Of a DNA stretch of 64,000 nucleotides, positions 25,358-37,319 are shown one piece after another. The position numbers and the translations under genes were made by a program. The stretch comes from Octopus bimaculoides (lineage: Eukaryota). Under the pieces are notes generated by a model. It was not told the origin of the DNA, did no database searches, and saw only the letters and a list, made by a program, of their open reading frames with translations. The stretch spans positions 53,189,297 to 53,253,296 of the forward strand of contig NC_068996.1 in the NCBI RefSeq assembly GCF_001194135.2. The letters are read 5' to 3'. Each line of letters starts with the position of its first letter. Position 1 is the stretch's first letter.

Positions 25358-27130
25358 TGACTGACAAAGAAAGAGTATGTTGTCAGAGGCTCATATGTCG
25401 AAACTGACAGAAGAGTCCATCATATATGTGTGTGCGTGCATGTGTGTCTGCATGAGTGTGTGTATACGCGTACACACACTTACATTATGTAGGTGATATT
25501 TTCAATCAAGACAGTGCAACCCTATCTGATTTTTCAAGTGCTTCAATTCTGTTTATGTACATTTATTTACTAGATTTCCTGACATTTAGCAATGGTTCCT
25601 CCCATTGTGTAGATGTGCCGTTTTCTGTCATTAATAAAACTGTCAGCATTTCTCATGACACGAGTGTGGTAGTAAAATAAGAATGGAACTAAACTAATTA
25701 AGTTTAAAATACAAAACAAAATCAGAAATAACTTCGGCTGCAAATTTAATTACAAGTTATATTTAATCCGTAAACAATCAGTAGAATTTGCTCTCTATTT
25801 GTGTAATGTAAGCAAAATGGAGATAAAGTTTTAAAAATCAGGCCACTGTTGTTATAAGAAACATAAATAGAAAGCTTAAAATTATTTACTTAGCTTTTTA
25901 TTTTCAGATCAAAATATTTAACCACTGAAACTCTGAGGAGTAAAATGAGTAAACAGGTCACATGTCAAGTCGTTAACTGATAGTCTATAGTTGCTAATTA
26001 GCACTAACACAATCACTAAATGAAGCACACATAATGTGATAATTAGCAGACAATTCAATGTGAAAATAGATTTGGTGGTGGGGGTCACATTTAAATCAAC
26101 AGAAAAATTGATATATGAAAAGTTCTATTGCTTCTGGTTTAGCTCCACAATTTGGAAAGAATGCCAAAAGCACAAGAAAAATTTGTTTTTAGATGGTGTT
26201 GTTATGTATAAAAATAAAGTTCTATGTTATTTTTTTTTTATTAATATCAATGAAACATAGATTAATGTTTAATGTTGTTCACTTTCTTGGTCCTAAAAAT
26301 GTTTTGTATTCTCTTGCAATGTCCATATCTGGTCAGGAATGCCCCTCATAAATTAATGGCTCTTGTCAATCCATCCAAATTATGACAGCATGGTAAACAG
26401 ATATTAAATGATGATGATGATGATGATGGAGTAAAAATATAGATGTAGAAAGAAACATGTACAAACATTTTTTTTAGATATTAACAAATGCGAAGGAAAA
26501 GGGAGACAACCTGTTTCACGTTTATCATGCTTTTCTCTGGTTGGGGCTGAGCTCCAGCTCAAATAACTAAACATATATTGATAAAATGCAGCCATGAGTG
26601 ACTAGCAGAAAAACAGAAGAAAAACAATTTGGTAATGTTCTACAAGAAGATAGTTTGGTGAAAAATCTAAAGCAGTACAAAGATTCAGAATAAGTTTTTC
26701 AATGACAATTTCCTTTAGCAACAATGTGAAAAAAAAAAGAAAAAAAAAACGGTAAAAAAGTGTAACCGTATTATTTGACAATTACTCAACGTATATTTTG
26801 TGTAGAATAAGCTTCAAATCTCAAACAGAAATAAAATACTATTAAAGATATTTTTTGCATATCTTACTTTTAATGTGGCTATACTATCGGAAACTATAAA
26901 ACTGCAGCTTCTCATATAAAGATAAATACTTGCTACTGAAGACATGCAAAAACACAGAAATCTAGATTTATCAATTCCTCCACCACTGCTGAATGGTTTT
27001 TGTCAGCAACTGATGCACTTTTGTGATTTTTAGTAATGTACATCTATATGATAAGCTTTCTCAAGTCAAAACTGCAGTTTTGTGGCTTTCTACGGTATAT
27101 GCAAATTAAGTAAGATGTATATAGAATGCT

Positions 27131-27293
27131 AAAACCGTTAGATTCACTTCAACATTTAAATTTAATTTGTCAAAATATTTTCATCACTTTAAAACCATGA
27201 CCTGTTCACTGACAAAATTCTGTGCTGCATCTCAAAGCGAAGAAAATATTTTGACAAATTAAATATAAATGTTGAAGTGAATCTAACGGTTTT
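27131..27293. repeat. Near-perfect 52-bp inverted repeat (MITE/foldback)
   Basis: 27131-27182 versus the reverse complement of 27242-27293: one mismatch. Confidence 0.9.
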
Positions 27294-28202
27294 TGTGTGT
27301 TTTTAAATGGCTTATAAACACTTTTCACACTGCAATTGTTTTTGTTTCAGCACACATTCTCACATCAGGTCACTTGCTATGCAAGTACATCTCTGTTATA
27401 TAGAATGCTATTCAGAACCAATACTGTTTCCATCACTAATAACGAACTAAGGATATGTAGTGGATCTTGCATGCATGAAGTGGATTTGATCCACCATAGC
27501 CAAATTTAAATTAACACTGCAACAGAACTTTTCCCATGGTGGAACAATAATTTTTCTCTGACAGCAGTTTTACATTTTCCAGATGCCTTTAGCTAGGCCG
27601 AAATGATGTCTTCACCACTTGACCCTTTCTAACCTCTTCTACTTCACCAAAAGCTAGAACAGAGATAACAAGACCACCAACTAAATCTATTGTTCTCAAT
27701 GATATGTCTATCCTTCTGAATAGTTATAAAAGCAAGAACACCCCAAGCAAAAATCAGTTGGTGATGACTCAGTGAGAACGAAGTCTGGCTGACCAACTAG
27801 AACCTTGGCCAGAGGGAGAAATGAAATTTACTGTCAGCAACTGTGTAACAACGTCCCACAACCCTACAACTTTCACTAGTTCTAATTCTATTCTCTTACA
27901 ACATCATTCTATCGTTACCTGTGGATTACTACTAACAATTCGTATATGCCAAACTATGCAAAGAAACATTCTACCACATCATTCTTTTGCATGCTCTCGG
28001 ATGTTATAACCTGCCTGTTGAGGTATGGTATTTTTCAACGTAATGGTAAATATTGTAGTGGTATTGGTGGTGGTGGTGGTGGTGGTAGTAGCAGCAGCAG
28101 CAGTAGTAGTAGTAGCACTGAGCAATGATGAGGAATAAATGAACTTTAGGCTTTGGGTTACTTTAAATATATCACAAACATATATCAACCAACCTAAAGT
28201 CC

Positions 28203-28228
<26 letters not shown>

Positions 28229-28233
<5 letters not shown>

Positions 28234-29490
28234 CCCTTCAGGTAGATGGCCCTGCTCAGTATGTAGAAAAGGAGTAGGTAGTAACTCTATAAGATGTACC
28301 CGGTGCAAGCTATGGACACATAAGAGGTGCAGCAACATCAAAGGCAGGTTAACTAGCAAGTTAGTTTTTGTTTGTGGCAGATGTTCAGGTGCAATAAAGA
28401 CTGCAAACAAACNNNNNNNNNNNNNNNNNNNNNNNNNNNNNNNNNNNNNNNNNNNNNNNNNNNNNNNNNNNNNNNNNNNNNNNNNNNNNNNNNNNNNNNN
28501 NNNNNNNNNNNNNNNNNNNNNNNNNNNNNNNNNNNNNNNNNNNNNNNNNNNNNNNNNNNNNNNNNNNNNNNNNNNNNNNNNNNNNNNNNNNNNNNNNNNN
28601 NNNNNNNNNNNNNNNNNNNNNNNNNNNNNNNNNNNNNNNNNNNNNNNNNNNNNNNNNNNNNNNNNNNNNNNNNNNNNNNNNNNNNNNNNNNNNNNNNNNN
28701 NNNNNNNNNNNNNNNNNNNNNNNNNNNNNNNNNNNNNNNNNNNNNNNNNNNNNNNNNNNNNNNNNNNNNNNNNNNNNNNNNNNNNNNNNNNNNNNNNNNN
28801 NNNNNNNNNNNNNNNNNNNNNNNNNNNNNNNNNNNNNNNNNNNNNNNNNNNNNNNNNNNNNNNNNNNNNNNNNNNNNNNNNNNNNNNNNNNNNNNNNNNN
28901 NNNNNNNNNNNNNNNNNNNNNNNNNNNNNNNNNNNNNNNNNNNNNNNNNNNNNNNNNNNNNNNNNNNNNNNNNNNNNNNNNNNNNNNNNNNNNNNNNNNN
29001 NNNNNNNNNNNNNNNNNNNNNNNNNNNNNNNNNNNNNNNNNNNNNNNNNNNNNNNNNNNNNNNNNNNNNNNNNNNNNNNNNNNNNNNNNNNNNNNNNNNN
29101 NNNNNNNNNNNNNNNNNNNNNNNNNNNNNNNNNNNNNNNNNNNNNNNNNNNNNNNNNNNNNNNNNNNNNNNNNNNNNNNNNNNNNNNNNNNNNNNNNNNN
29201 NNNNNNNNNNNNNNNNNNNNNNNNNNNNNNNNNNNNNNNNNNNNNNNNNNNNNNNNNNNNNNNNNNNNNNNNNNNNNNNNNNNNNNNTTTCGTGCGGGTG
29301 ACACGTAAAAGCACCCACTACACTCTCTGAGTGGTTGGCGTTAGGAAGGGCATCCAGCTGTAGAAACTCTGCCAAATCAGACTGGAGCCTGGTGTTGCCA
29401 TCCGGTTTTCACCAGTCCTCAGTCAAATCGTCCAACCCATGCTAGCATGGAAAGCGGACGTTAAACGATGATGATGATGATGATGATGAT
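28229..29490 (+). mobile_element. 5'-truncated RTE LINE, young copy, middle in gap
   Basis: Intact WPCSVC...FVCGRC segment before the gap; CpG-rich tail ending GGACGTTAAACGATGATGAT after it. Confidence 0.8.
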
Positions 29491-29990
29491 ATATATATAT
29501 GTGCATGTTCTCTTGTTGTTTGTTATTTTTAATGCTCGTTTATTTTATTTTATTTTATTTGGTTATATATGTGTGTGTGTATGTATATATATAATAGCAG
29601 GGTGGGCCAGTTTATGGGGTTATCCTGGGTTTCTCACTCATAAGGAGTTTAGCCTTATGGTGTATCTTCAGACCCCAAACACTGCTGGCCTGAGACCTCT
29701 TTAAAATATGGAAGAGGGAAAAGCCTCATTTTTAAGGGTAAAACCCTCGGTGATTATCTCCCTTTGCCATTGTCCACTGATCTTCGGCTGCACTGCCATC
29801 TTGTGATCAACAAAGTGCCATGAAGATAAACAATTGTCTCCCTTCAGCCTTTGCTATTGGTTTCTAGCTGTGGTGCCATCATGTGGATTCCAAAAAAGTC
29901 AGCAGGAATTTTCTAAAATGTAATATATATATNNNNNNNNNNNNNNNNNNNNNNNNNNNNNNNNNNNNNNNNNNNNNNNNNNNNNNNNNN

Positions 29991-30106
29991 CCAGGGTGGG
30001 AGCCCACACCAACATCTCTTCAGTTATCCGGCCATTGAAAATTCCTATGAAAAATGAATTTTCAATGGCCAGATAACTGAAGAGATGGCGTGGGCTCCTA
30101 CCCCGG
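29991..30106. repeat. Short inverted repeat (pseudo-LTR-like)
   Basis: 29991-30044 is the reverse complement of 30056-30106 with few mismatches; the left arm runs into a gap. Confidence 0.8.
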
Positions 30107-30129
30107 CATCCGAAACTCGGAGTTATATC
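30072..30129 (+). ncRNA. Hammerhead-like motif in an inverted-repeat element
   Basis: GATAA-CTGAAGA-GATG...CATC-C-GAAAC-TCGGA-GTT-ATATC. Near-palindromic stem III ACTC(G)GAGT; 4-bp stem I after an A-A mismatch. Confidence 0.5.
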
Positions 30130-30224
30130 ATGACTACTGAATGAGTGTCACATATTATTTACAGATAAATTCCTCTATTTGCATAATATTGAGGTCTCTT
30201 TCTTTCTTTTGTTGTCCTTCCTAT

Positions 30225-30258
<34 letters not shown>

Positions 30259-30317
30259 AAGAAAATGAAGTTTGAACCCAGCATAATCAATTTATTTACA
30301 TTTTGTTGATTATATAA

Positions 30318-30407
30318 GCCTACGATCGTTTCCATATCAATCTTCAATTAAATCACAATTAAAATTTCATTATGAAATATCGAAGGTATATATTTCTTCA
30401 GGATGAA
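30318..30407 (-). ncRNA. Degenerate hammerhead-like motif
   Basis: Minus strand: CTGAAGA-AATAT...ATATG-GAAAC-GATC-GTA. Palindromic ACGATCGT stem III; stems I and II weak. Confidence 0.35.
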
Positions 30408-30682
30408 AAATTGATACATTTGTTTTTACATCCTAATAGATTGAGTGTTCAATAGTAAAATATTATCTTTATGATATATTGCTATAACTATACCCACATA
30501 TTTTGATGAGAAGTAAACATTTATAGGAAATACTCGAACTCCAAAATGTGTATAACACTACTACTAGCACAGAAAAGCAGGATTCCAGAAAGTTCATCAA
30601 TATATATGGTATAATCGGAGGACACTTGGATGTTGACATCCTTTAAAGAGGAATCTACCTCCTCACAAAGCCTCATATATAC

Positions 30683-30721
<39 letters not shown>

Positions 30722-30727
<6 letters not shown>

Positions 30728-31130
30728 CATCATCATCATTGTTTAACGTCCGCCTGCTAGCATGGGTTGGACGATTTGACTGACGACTGGCGAACCGGAA
30801 GTCTGCACCAGGCTCCAATCTGATCTGGTAGAATTTCTACAGCTGGATGCCCTTCCTAACACCAACCACTCCGAGAGTGTAGTGGGTACTTTTACATGCC
30901 ACCAGCATGAGGGCCAGTCACACGGTACTGGCAACAGTCATGCTCAAATGGTGTTTTTTACGTGCCACCTGCACAGGAGCCAGTCCAGTGGCACTGGCAA
31001 CGATCTCGCTTGAATGTTTTTCACGTGCCACTGGCACAAGTGCCAGTAAGGCGACGCTGGTAATGATCACGCTCAAATGGTGCTATTTACGTGCAACTGG
31101 CACGGAAGCCAGACAGCTGCTCTGGCAATA
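30722..31130 (-). mobile_element. RTE 3' UTR/tail copy
   Basis: (CAT)n-GTTTAACGTCC tail and TTTTACGTGCCAC subrepeats. Dozens of shorter copies of this tail occur across the window (e.g. 3468-3700, 5560-5790, 6375-6487, 10140-10345, 22780-22990, 40850-41010, 62330-62540). Confidence 0.8.
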
Positions 31131-31151
31131 ATATATATATATATAAATATA

Positions 31152-32765
31152 TCATCATCATCATCATCATCATCATCATTGATTAACATTTGTTTTCCAT
31201 GCTGGCATGGACTGGACAGTTTGACTGAGGTCTGAAGAGCCAGTGGCCGCACCAGGCTCCAATCTGGTCTAGCAGAGTTTCTACAGCTGGATGCTCTTCC
31301 TAACACCAACCACTCTGAGAGTGTAGTGGGTGCTTTTTACGTGCCACCAGCACAGGAGCCAGTCAGGCAGGCCTGGCATTGACCATGTACGGGTGGTGCT
31401 TTTTACGTGCCATCGGTATGGGAGCCAGTCAGGAGCCACCAGTTCCAGCTACGATATTGGTTTCACTTGACTCAGCAGGTCTTCTCAAGTATATCATATT
31501 GCCTGATGCATCAGGAGTATTCTTAACAGGGCTGGACATGCATGGCTGTGATCTCACTTTAGTTACAAAGGTCCCGGTCTCCTGTCATTGCCTCTGTGAG
31601 GCCCAGTGTTTGAAGGTCATGCTTCACCACCAAATCCCATGTTTTCCTGGGTCTACCTCTTCCACAGGTTCTTTATACAGTTAGGAAGAGGTACTTCCTC
31701 ACACAGCTGTTTTCATTCATACGCAATACATGACCATACCAGGGCAGTCGCCTCTCTTGCACAACACATTTGATGCTTCTTATGTCCAACTTTTCTCTCA
31801 GGGTGCTTACACTCTGTCCTGTGTGCACACTGACATTACACATCCAGTGGATCATACCAGCTTCATTTCTTTTGAGCCTACGTATGTCCTCTGCAGTCAT
31901 GACCCATGTTTCACTGCCATGTAGCTTGGCAGTTCGCACACATGCATCATACAGTCTAGTTTTCACCCTGAGTGAGAGGCCCTTAGTTGCCAGCAGAAGT
32001 AGGAGCTCCCTAAACTTTGCCCAGGCTCTTCTTACTCTAGTCGCTACACTCTCAGAGCAACCAACCTCACAACTGACTTGGTCACCTAGGTAGCAGAAGC
32101 TATTAACTACTTCTAGTTTCTCCCCCTGGCATGTGATGGAATCAGTTTTCTGTACATCTTCAGTGTTTATTGCCCCAGTGCATCTGCCACACACAAAAAC
32201 TATTTTCTCAGTCAACCTTCCTTTGATATTGCTGCACCTTTTATGTGTCCATAGCTTACCCCAGGTACATCGTATGGAATTTCTACTATGCCTTTTCTTC
32301 AGATTGAGCAGGGCCATCTACCTGAAGGTGGTTGTGATTTGACAGCCTTCCTACTTACTAAGACTTTGGTTTTGACCAGGTTAACCCTAAGGCCCTTCGA
32401 TTCTAGACCTTGCTTCCACACCCTAAACTTTGTCTCCGATTCTGGCAGTGACTCGGCTATTAGAGCAAGGTCATCAGCATAGAGGAGCTCCCAGGGGCAG
32501 CCTGTCTTGAATTCCTGTTATTGCCTGGAGGACTACAATGAATAAGAGGGGGCTGAAGACTGATCCCTGATGAACCCCTACTTCTACTTGGAATTCTTCA
32601 CTATACTCATTGTCAACCCTCACCTTACTGACAGCATCCCTGTACAAGGTTTGTGCAGCTCTTACAAGCCACTTGTCTATTCCCAGTTTCCACATTGACC
32701 ACCAGATAAAGGATCAGGTGACCCTGTCAAAGGCTTTCTCCAAGTCAACAAAAGCCAAGTACAAA
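31152..32765 (-). mobile_element. RTE-clade LINE, 5'-truncated, RT domain to tail, decayed
   Basis: FVDLEKAFDRV, GVHQGSVFSPLLF, ELLYADDL (YADD 32470-32481), GLRVN, FCYLGD, HGSETW, LPWYGHV; stops and frameshifts. Confidence 0.92.
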
Positions 32766-32768
32766 CGT

Positions 32769-32803
<35 letters not shown>

Positions 32804-32932
32804 CCTGTATGTATACACATAAAAATCAAAATAAGAGGACAAAGAAAAAGTTTAGCACATCTTTACTGTCTAGTTACAACTGTTTCTGATTTTACACCAT
32901 TGCACATGAAAGTTCCATCTGGAAAGTTACAT

Positions 32933-33033
32933 AATATTTGTGGTTTTAAGCACTAGAGTGACATTTCATCAGATCTGTATAAAAAGAAGTGTGTTCGATG
33001 AAGTTCCACTCTAGTGTTTTAAGCCACAATATT
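32933..33033. repeat. Small imperfect inverted repeat
   Basis: TGTGGTTTTAAGCACTAGAGTG...CACTCTAGTGTTTTAAGCCACA arms. Confidence 0.65.
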
Positions 33034-33036
33034 ATT

Positions 33037-33489
33037 CTTTTATTTTTTTACTTGTTTCAGTCATTTGACTGCGACCATGCTGGAACACCACCTTTAGTTG
33101 AGCAGCCTTTGACAGGGTCCCCCGATCCCTTATCTGGTGGTCAATGCGGAAACTGGGAATAGACAAGTGGCTGGTAAGAGCTGCAGAAGCCCTGTACAGG
33201 GACGCTGTCAGTAAGGTGATGGTGAGCAACGAGTATAGAGAAGAATTCCAAGTAGAAGTTGGGATTCACCAAGGATCAGTCCTCTGCCCCCTCTTATTCA
33301 TCATAGTCCTCCAGACAATAACAAAGGAATTCAAGATTTATTCTTTGTAAACCTAGTACTTATTCTATTGGTCTTTTTTGTTAAACCGTTAAGTTACAGG
33401 GAAGAAAACACACCAGCATCAGTTGTCAAGCAATGTTGGTGGTGGTGGTGAGGGACAAACACAGACATGCAAACATATACACATGTATA

Positions 33490-33539
<50 letters not shown>

Positions 33540-33767
33540 AAATCGTCCAACCCATGCTAGCATGGAAAGCGGATGTTAAACGATGATGATGATGATGATG
33601 ATATATATACGACGAGCTTCTTCCAGTTTCTGTCTTCCAAATTCACTCACAAGGCTTTGGTCGGCCTGAGGCTATAGTAGAAGACACTTGCCCAAGGTGC
33701 CACGCAGTGGGACTGAACCCAGAACCGTGTGGTTGGCAAGCAAGCTACTTACCACACAGCTACTCCT
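33037..33767 (-). mobile_element. SINE family 3 with nested RTE pieces
   Basis: Interrupted by an RT fragment (33105-33336) and an RTE tail (about 33536-33601). Confidence 0.8.
33105..33336 (+). mobile_element. Internal RTE RT fragment inserted into a SINE
   Basis: AFDRVP...MRKLGIDKWLVRA...GIHQGSVLCPLLF; no tail. Confidence 0.88.
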
Positions 33768-34379
33768 GAAAGAGTAGCTAGTGTTAAGCTCATGTTGAAT
33801 GCTGTCTTTCTACTCTTCCAGGACCTCAGTGTGTGTGTGTGTGAGAGGGAGCGATGAAATGATAATGATAAGATATATCACATCTCTACTGCGTCTCAAA
33901 TAATATCATGAACCAAGAACTTTTTCCATTCAGTCTAGAGAGGAAAAAGACAAACTTAGAATTCATTTCTCACTCATGTGTTTCTGAACAATAGTTCCAG
34001 TGAAACATCAAAGATACGTTGAAGAAAGGATAGGGTAGAAATAGAAGTCCAAGTAGTCGCTTAGAGGAAAAATGGTACACAGTTCGTAACACATGGTGTG
34101 AGACATTAGATATGTAGTGACTCCCATCCGTACCACCTATCTACCTACCTAATTAGAGAAGAAAGAGAGGTAAAAGTGAAAAAAGAAAGACAGAGAGGAG
34201 TGAAATCACATTCTGCATGACATGAACTCAATTATTTTTAAAAATATGAATGTTAGAAACGATAGTATCTATGATTATGATGGCCTTTATTAACATTTTC
34301 ATTGGCATGCAACCATCATCATCATCGTTAATGTAATTACAAAATCTGTCTGCTTGAAAGTGCCTGTAATGCATTATCA

Positions 34380-35464
34380 AATTCCTTTGGCGAATGAAGG
34401 CCCGAAAAGAACAGATTTAATTCCCAGGAATTGACGACGGGATAGTACGAAACGAAAAATAAATAAAACTATCTTTCTACTATCTAGGAATAAGGTGTCT
34501 TTCGAAATCGCATATTTTACGGGAAATATCAGTGACGAAGTTGGGGGGAAATGAAGAAAAAAACCCTGTAATTTTTGGAAAAATTTTATGATATTTATTT
34601 ATTTATTTTCAGGATCGTAATTTCCGTTGTTTGAAACACCTGAATATTTTTTTTATTTTTAAGAATCAAAGCTAACCCTTCTCCAAATAAACACCCTTTT
34701 CCTTTCATATGGGTTTATAAGGACTTCGAGGGTCAACTATTCCAAAACTCCGCCATATAATGAACATTAGAATGTTAGTCTTCTTCAGAATTTAATCGAA
34801 CATAATAATTAGATTCTGCTTATAATTGTCTAGAATTAAAAAAAAAGCTTGAATTGAGAAATAAATTTTTATTCTTTAATATAACTTAGCTATTATACTA
34901 GATTTATTATTTGCTCTAAAGCTGCTAAACGCTTCTAGATTATTTATAAAACATAAAAACATAGTCCAACTATATATTCAACAATAATTCCTTTCTCCTT
35001 TTGGAATTTTTGATGCCTAAAAGAAAATGTTAGCTTTTACGCTTTTTCCGTGCATCTCTTGTTGTCAGGTTTTTGTGGGAGGGGTCAATGGGTCCATAGT
35101 TGTTTTAGTTTCGCATTCCTTTATTTAAGTCGGTGAAAACAAAATAAGTACCACAAATTAGACTAAGTAGGATACGGAAATCGTATCGAATATGTTCCAC
35201 GTGTAACGTCTAAATTAAGCTATTTCATTTCACTTCTGTGCCTAATTTATTCAGAAAAGCAGCAATATCTATATTAACCATTTTCCACACTCTTCTGTTG
35301 ATGTGAAAAACGAAATATTTAAATTTCAAAATGAGAAGCTAAAACGAAATACGGAGGAAGAACTAACAAGAAGCCGACTGCATCGTCATAGTGAGTGACA
35401 CTCGAAGTTGGAGTATAAGTAAAGGAGAGTCACTCATGATTGATGGTAATTTGAGTCAGATATA
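34380..35464 (+). promoter_or_regulatory. Probable SMARCB1 promoter / 5' UTR region
   Basis: Repeat-poor stretch with visibly more CpG dinucleotides than the surrounding DNA, directly upstream of the start codon. The TSS cannot be determined from sequence. Confidence 0.4.
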
Positions 35465-35557
35465 ATGGCCGCTCACACAGCAACAAAGACTTTCGGTGAG
35501 AAACCCAAATCATTCCAACTTGACGATGGAGGAGAATATTATTATATTGGCTCAGAG
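35465..35557 (+). CDS. SMARCB1: SMARCB1/SNF5/INI1 exon 1 (start codon)
   Basis: ATG at 35465 with in-frame TAA upstream at 35447; MAAHTATKTFGEKPKSFQLDDGGEYYYIGSE; GAG|GTAAG donor; 93 nt as in human exon 1 CDS. Confidence 0.93.
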
Positions 35558-37319
35558 GTAAGTATATTATAGATATATATATATTTTTTTTTTTCATGAA
35601 GATACCAAAATAAAAAGAATTAGTTTGTTAATCGTTACCGTGGAATCAAACAAGAACCTAGTTAACCGGCCGGTTATTCATCTCGCTACCAATATAATAT
35701 AATCTAATGTATATATATAATATATATTATATGTATGTATGTGTGTATTCAAAAGCAAATTATATTAATAAATTTTTGTTGAAAGATACAAATAAAAGAA
35801 AAGGAAAACAGCAACAGAAACAAAGAAAAGAGCAACTTTAATCCCATATTTATTGGAAATGTATATATTTTTGTTATATCTTATTTTGTAATTAAAGTTA
35901 ATTAAAGGCTGTTGCAGAAATACGGAAATAACTTGGTTAACCCGAAGCGCTGCTACCCTTTTTTTTTACAGAGGCACATGGTTGTTATTAACTTGATACA
36001 TTCTTTATTCAGAAATATGGCTGAGACTAAATTTATATTTCTTTTTTGTATCAACAAAGATATCTACGTGGTCGCTCGGCCTGTTTATTTAATCTCACCC
36101 AAAGCTCCTTTTTATTCACATAGTCCTAAAAAGATGAGTGAAGTCATAGCCGAAATATTTTTGGCCATAGTTCTCGATCCGAGTTGTCCTGGTGCTAAAT
36201 AATAAACTGCTGAGAAAAACAATTATGATAAAAATATAACAATTAGAAAATATGGCTGTTCAGTTTTTCAAAGAAATATTGGTGTGATGGTCGTAATTTG
36301 CTCAAGTTTCATTTATCAGCAGGAAACAATTTTTCCACTCTATTATTCTTCTCTCTAATTACACGGAACAAAACAACTTTTCAAAAGATTGCCAAGCGAT
36401 TCTTCAGCACCAAAAACGATTTCTTTCTTTCTGAATTTCAGAGGTGGCTGCTACTGTAGTTGCACATTTAAAGCAGACACTCGTACGTTTATTTACACAT
36501 ACATATATATACACAAACTAAGTGTAGATCTTGTTTATGTATGTTGTTTGTATAATTATGCTGTCCAGGATGCGGCATTGGCGTGTCCTCTTTCATTTAC
36601 CTTTCATTTTTATGTTTACACTGATAATCAGATGAAGAAGGCATACCACGCACGCACGCACACTCACACACACAAATCTTTCTGTCTCTATACGTGTGTT
36701 TATGAATATACAAAAATTATTTCTTGCATAAATTTTGGAAAAGGGAACAGTCGAAGATAATGACCCCTGTGCTTGACCAGCACTATAGCTTATCGACTCC
36801 GGAAGGATCAAAGATAAGTTTACCACGGTGAAATTTGAGCCTTAAGAACCAGAACAAATACGCTCTAACTAGCCAACCAATTTACCGCTTGTAGTAGTAG
36901 TCGTAGCAGCAGCTGCAACATCAATAATAATAATAATAGTATTAATAATAATAATAATAATTGGAAAATGAAATTGATATTTCGAAGATTTTTTTTTTTT
37001 TTTAATAGAAACAATGTTAGTGTTTTATTTATGAATTTTTAATACTGTTTAGCTTGATTTTTCCTAGTCTGTTTAGTTGTATAAGATTCAGTTGCCTGAA
37101 TATTTCTTTTATTTAGGGGGTGGAAAAAAAAAGGTTCAAAAAGTTAGATGTTGGAGCCAAAACATTTTAATTAAAATTCAGAGTCGTCTCCCCTGTTTTG
37201 CTGACAAGTTAATTATTTAACATGGTTTTTGTATCCTCGCTATGTACGTAATTTTAACCAATTAAGATATTTGGATTCATTACATTAAGTATGCTAGAAT
37301 CTCACTTAATTATTTGTTT

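Noticed and set aside
30885-31110. Repeat-spacer-like array resembling CRISPR
   Set aside because: Eukaryotic context with no cas genes; the units are RTE 3' UTR subrepeats.
15556-35464. Possible clustered phosphonate-pathway partner genes or a divergent gene between PEP mutase and SMARCB1
   Set aside because: No exons with recognisable decarboxylase, transaminase or other protein motifs were found by eye. The minus-strand ATGGCGG near 34756 closes after 7 codons. Small exons or exons in gaps cannot be excluded.
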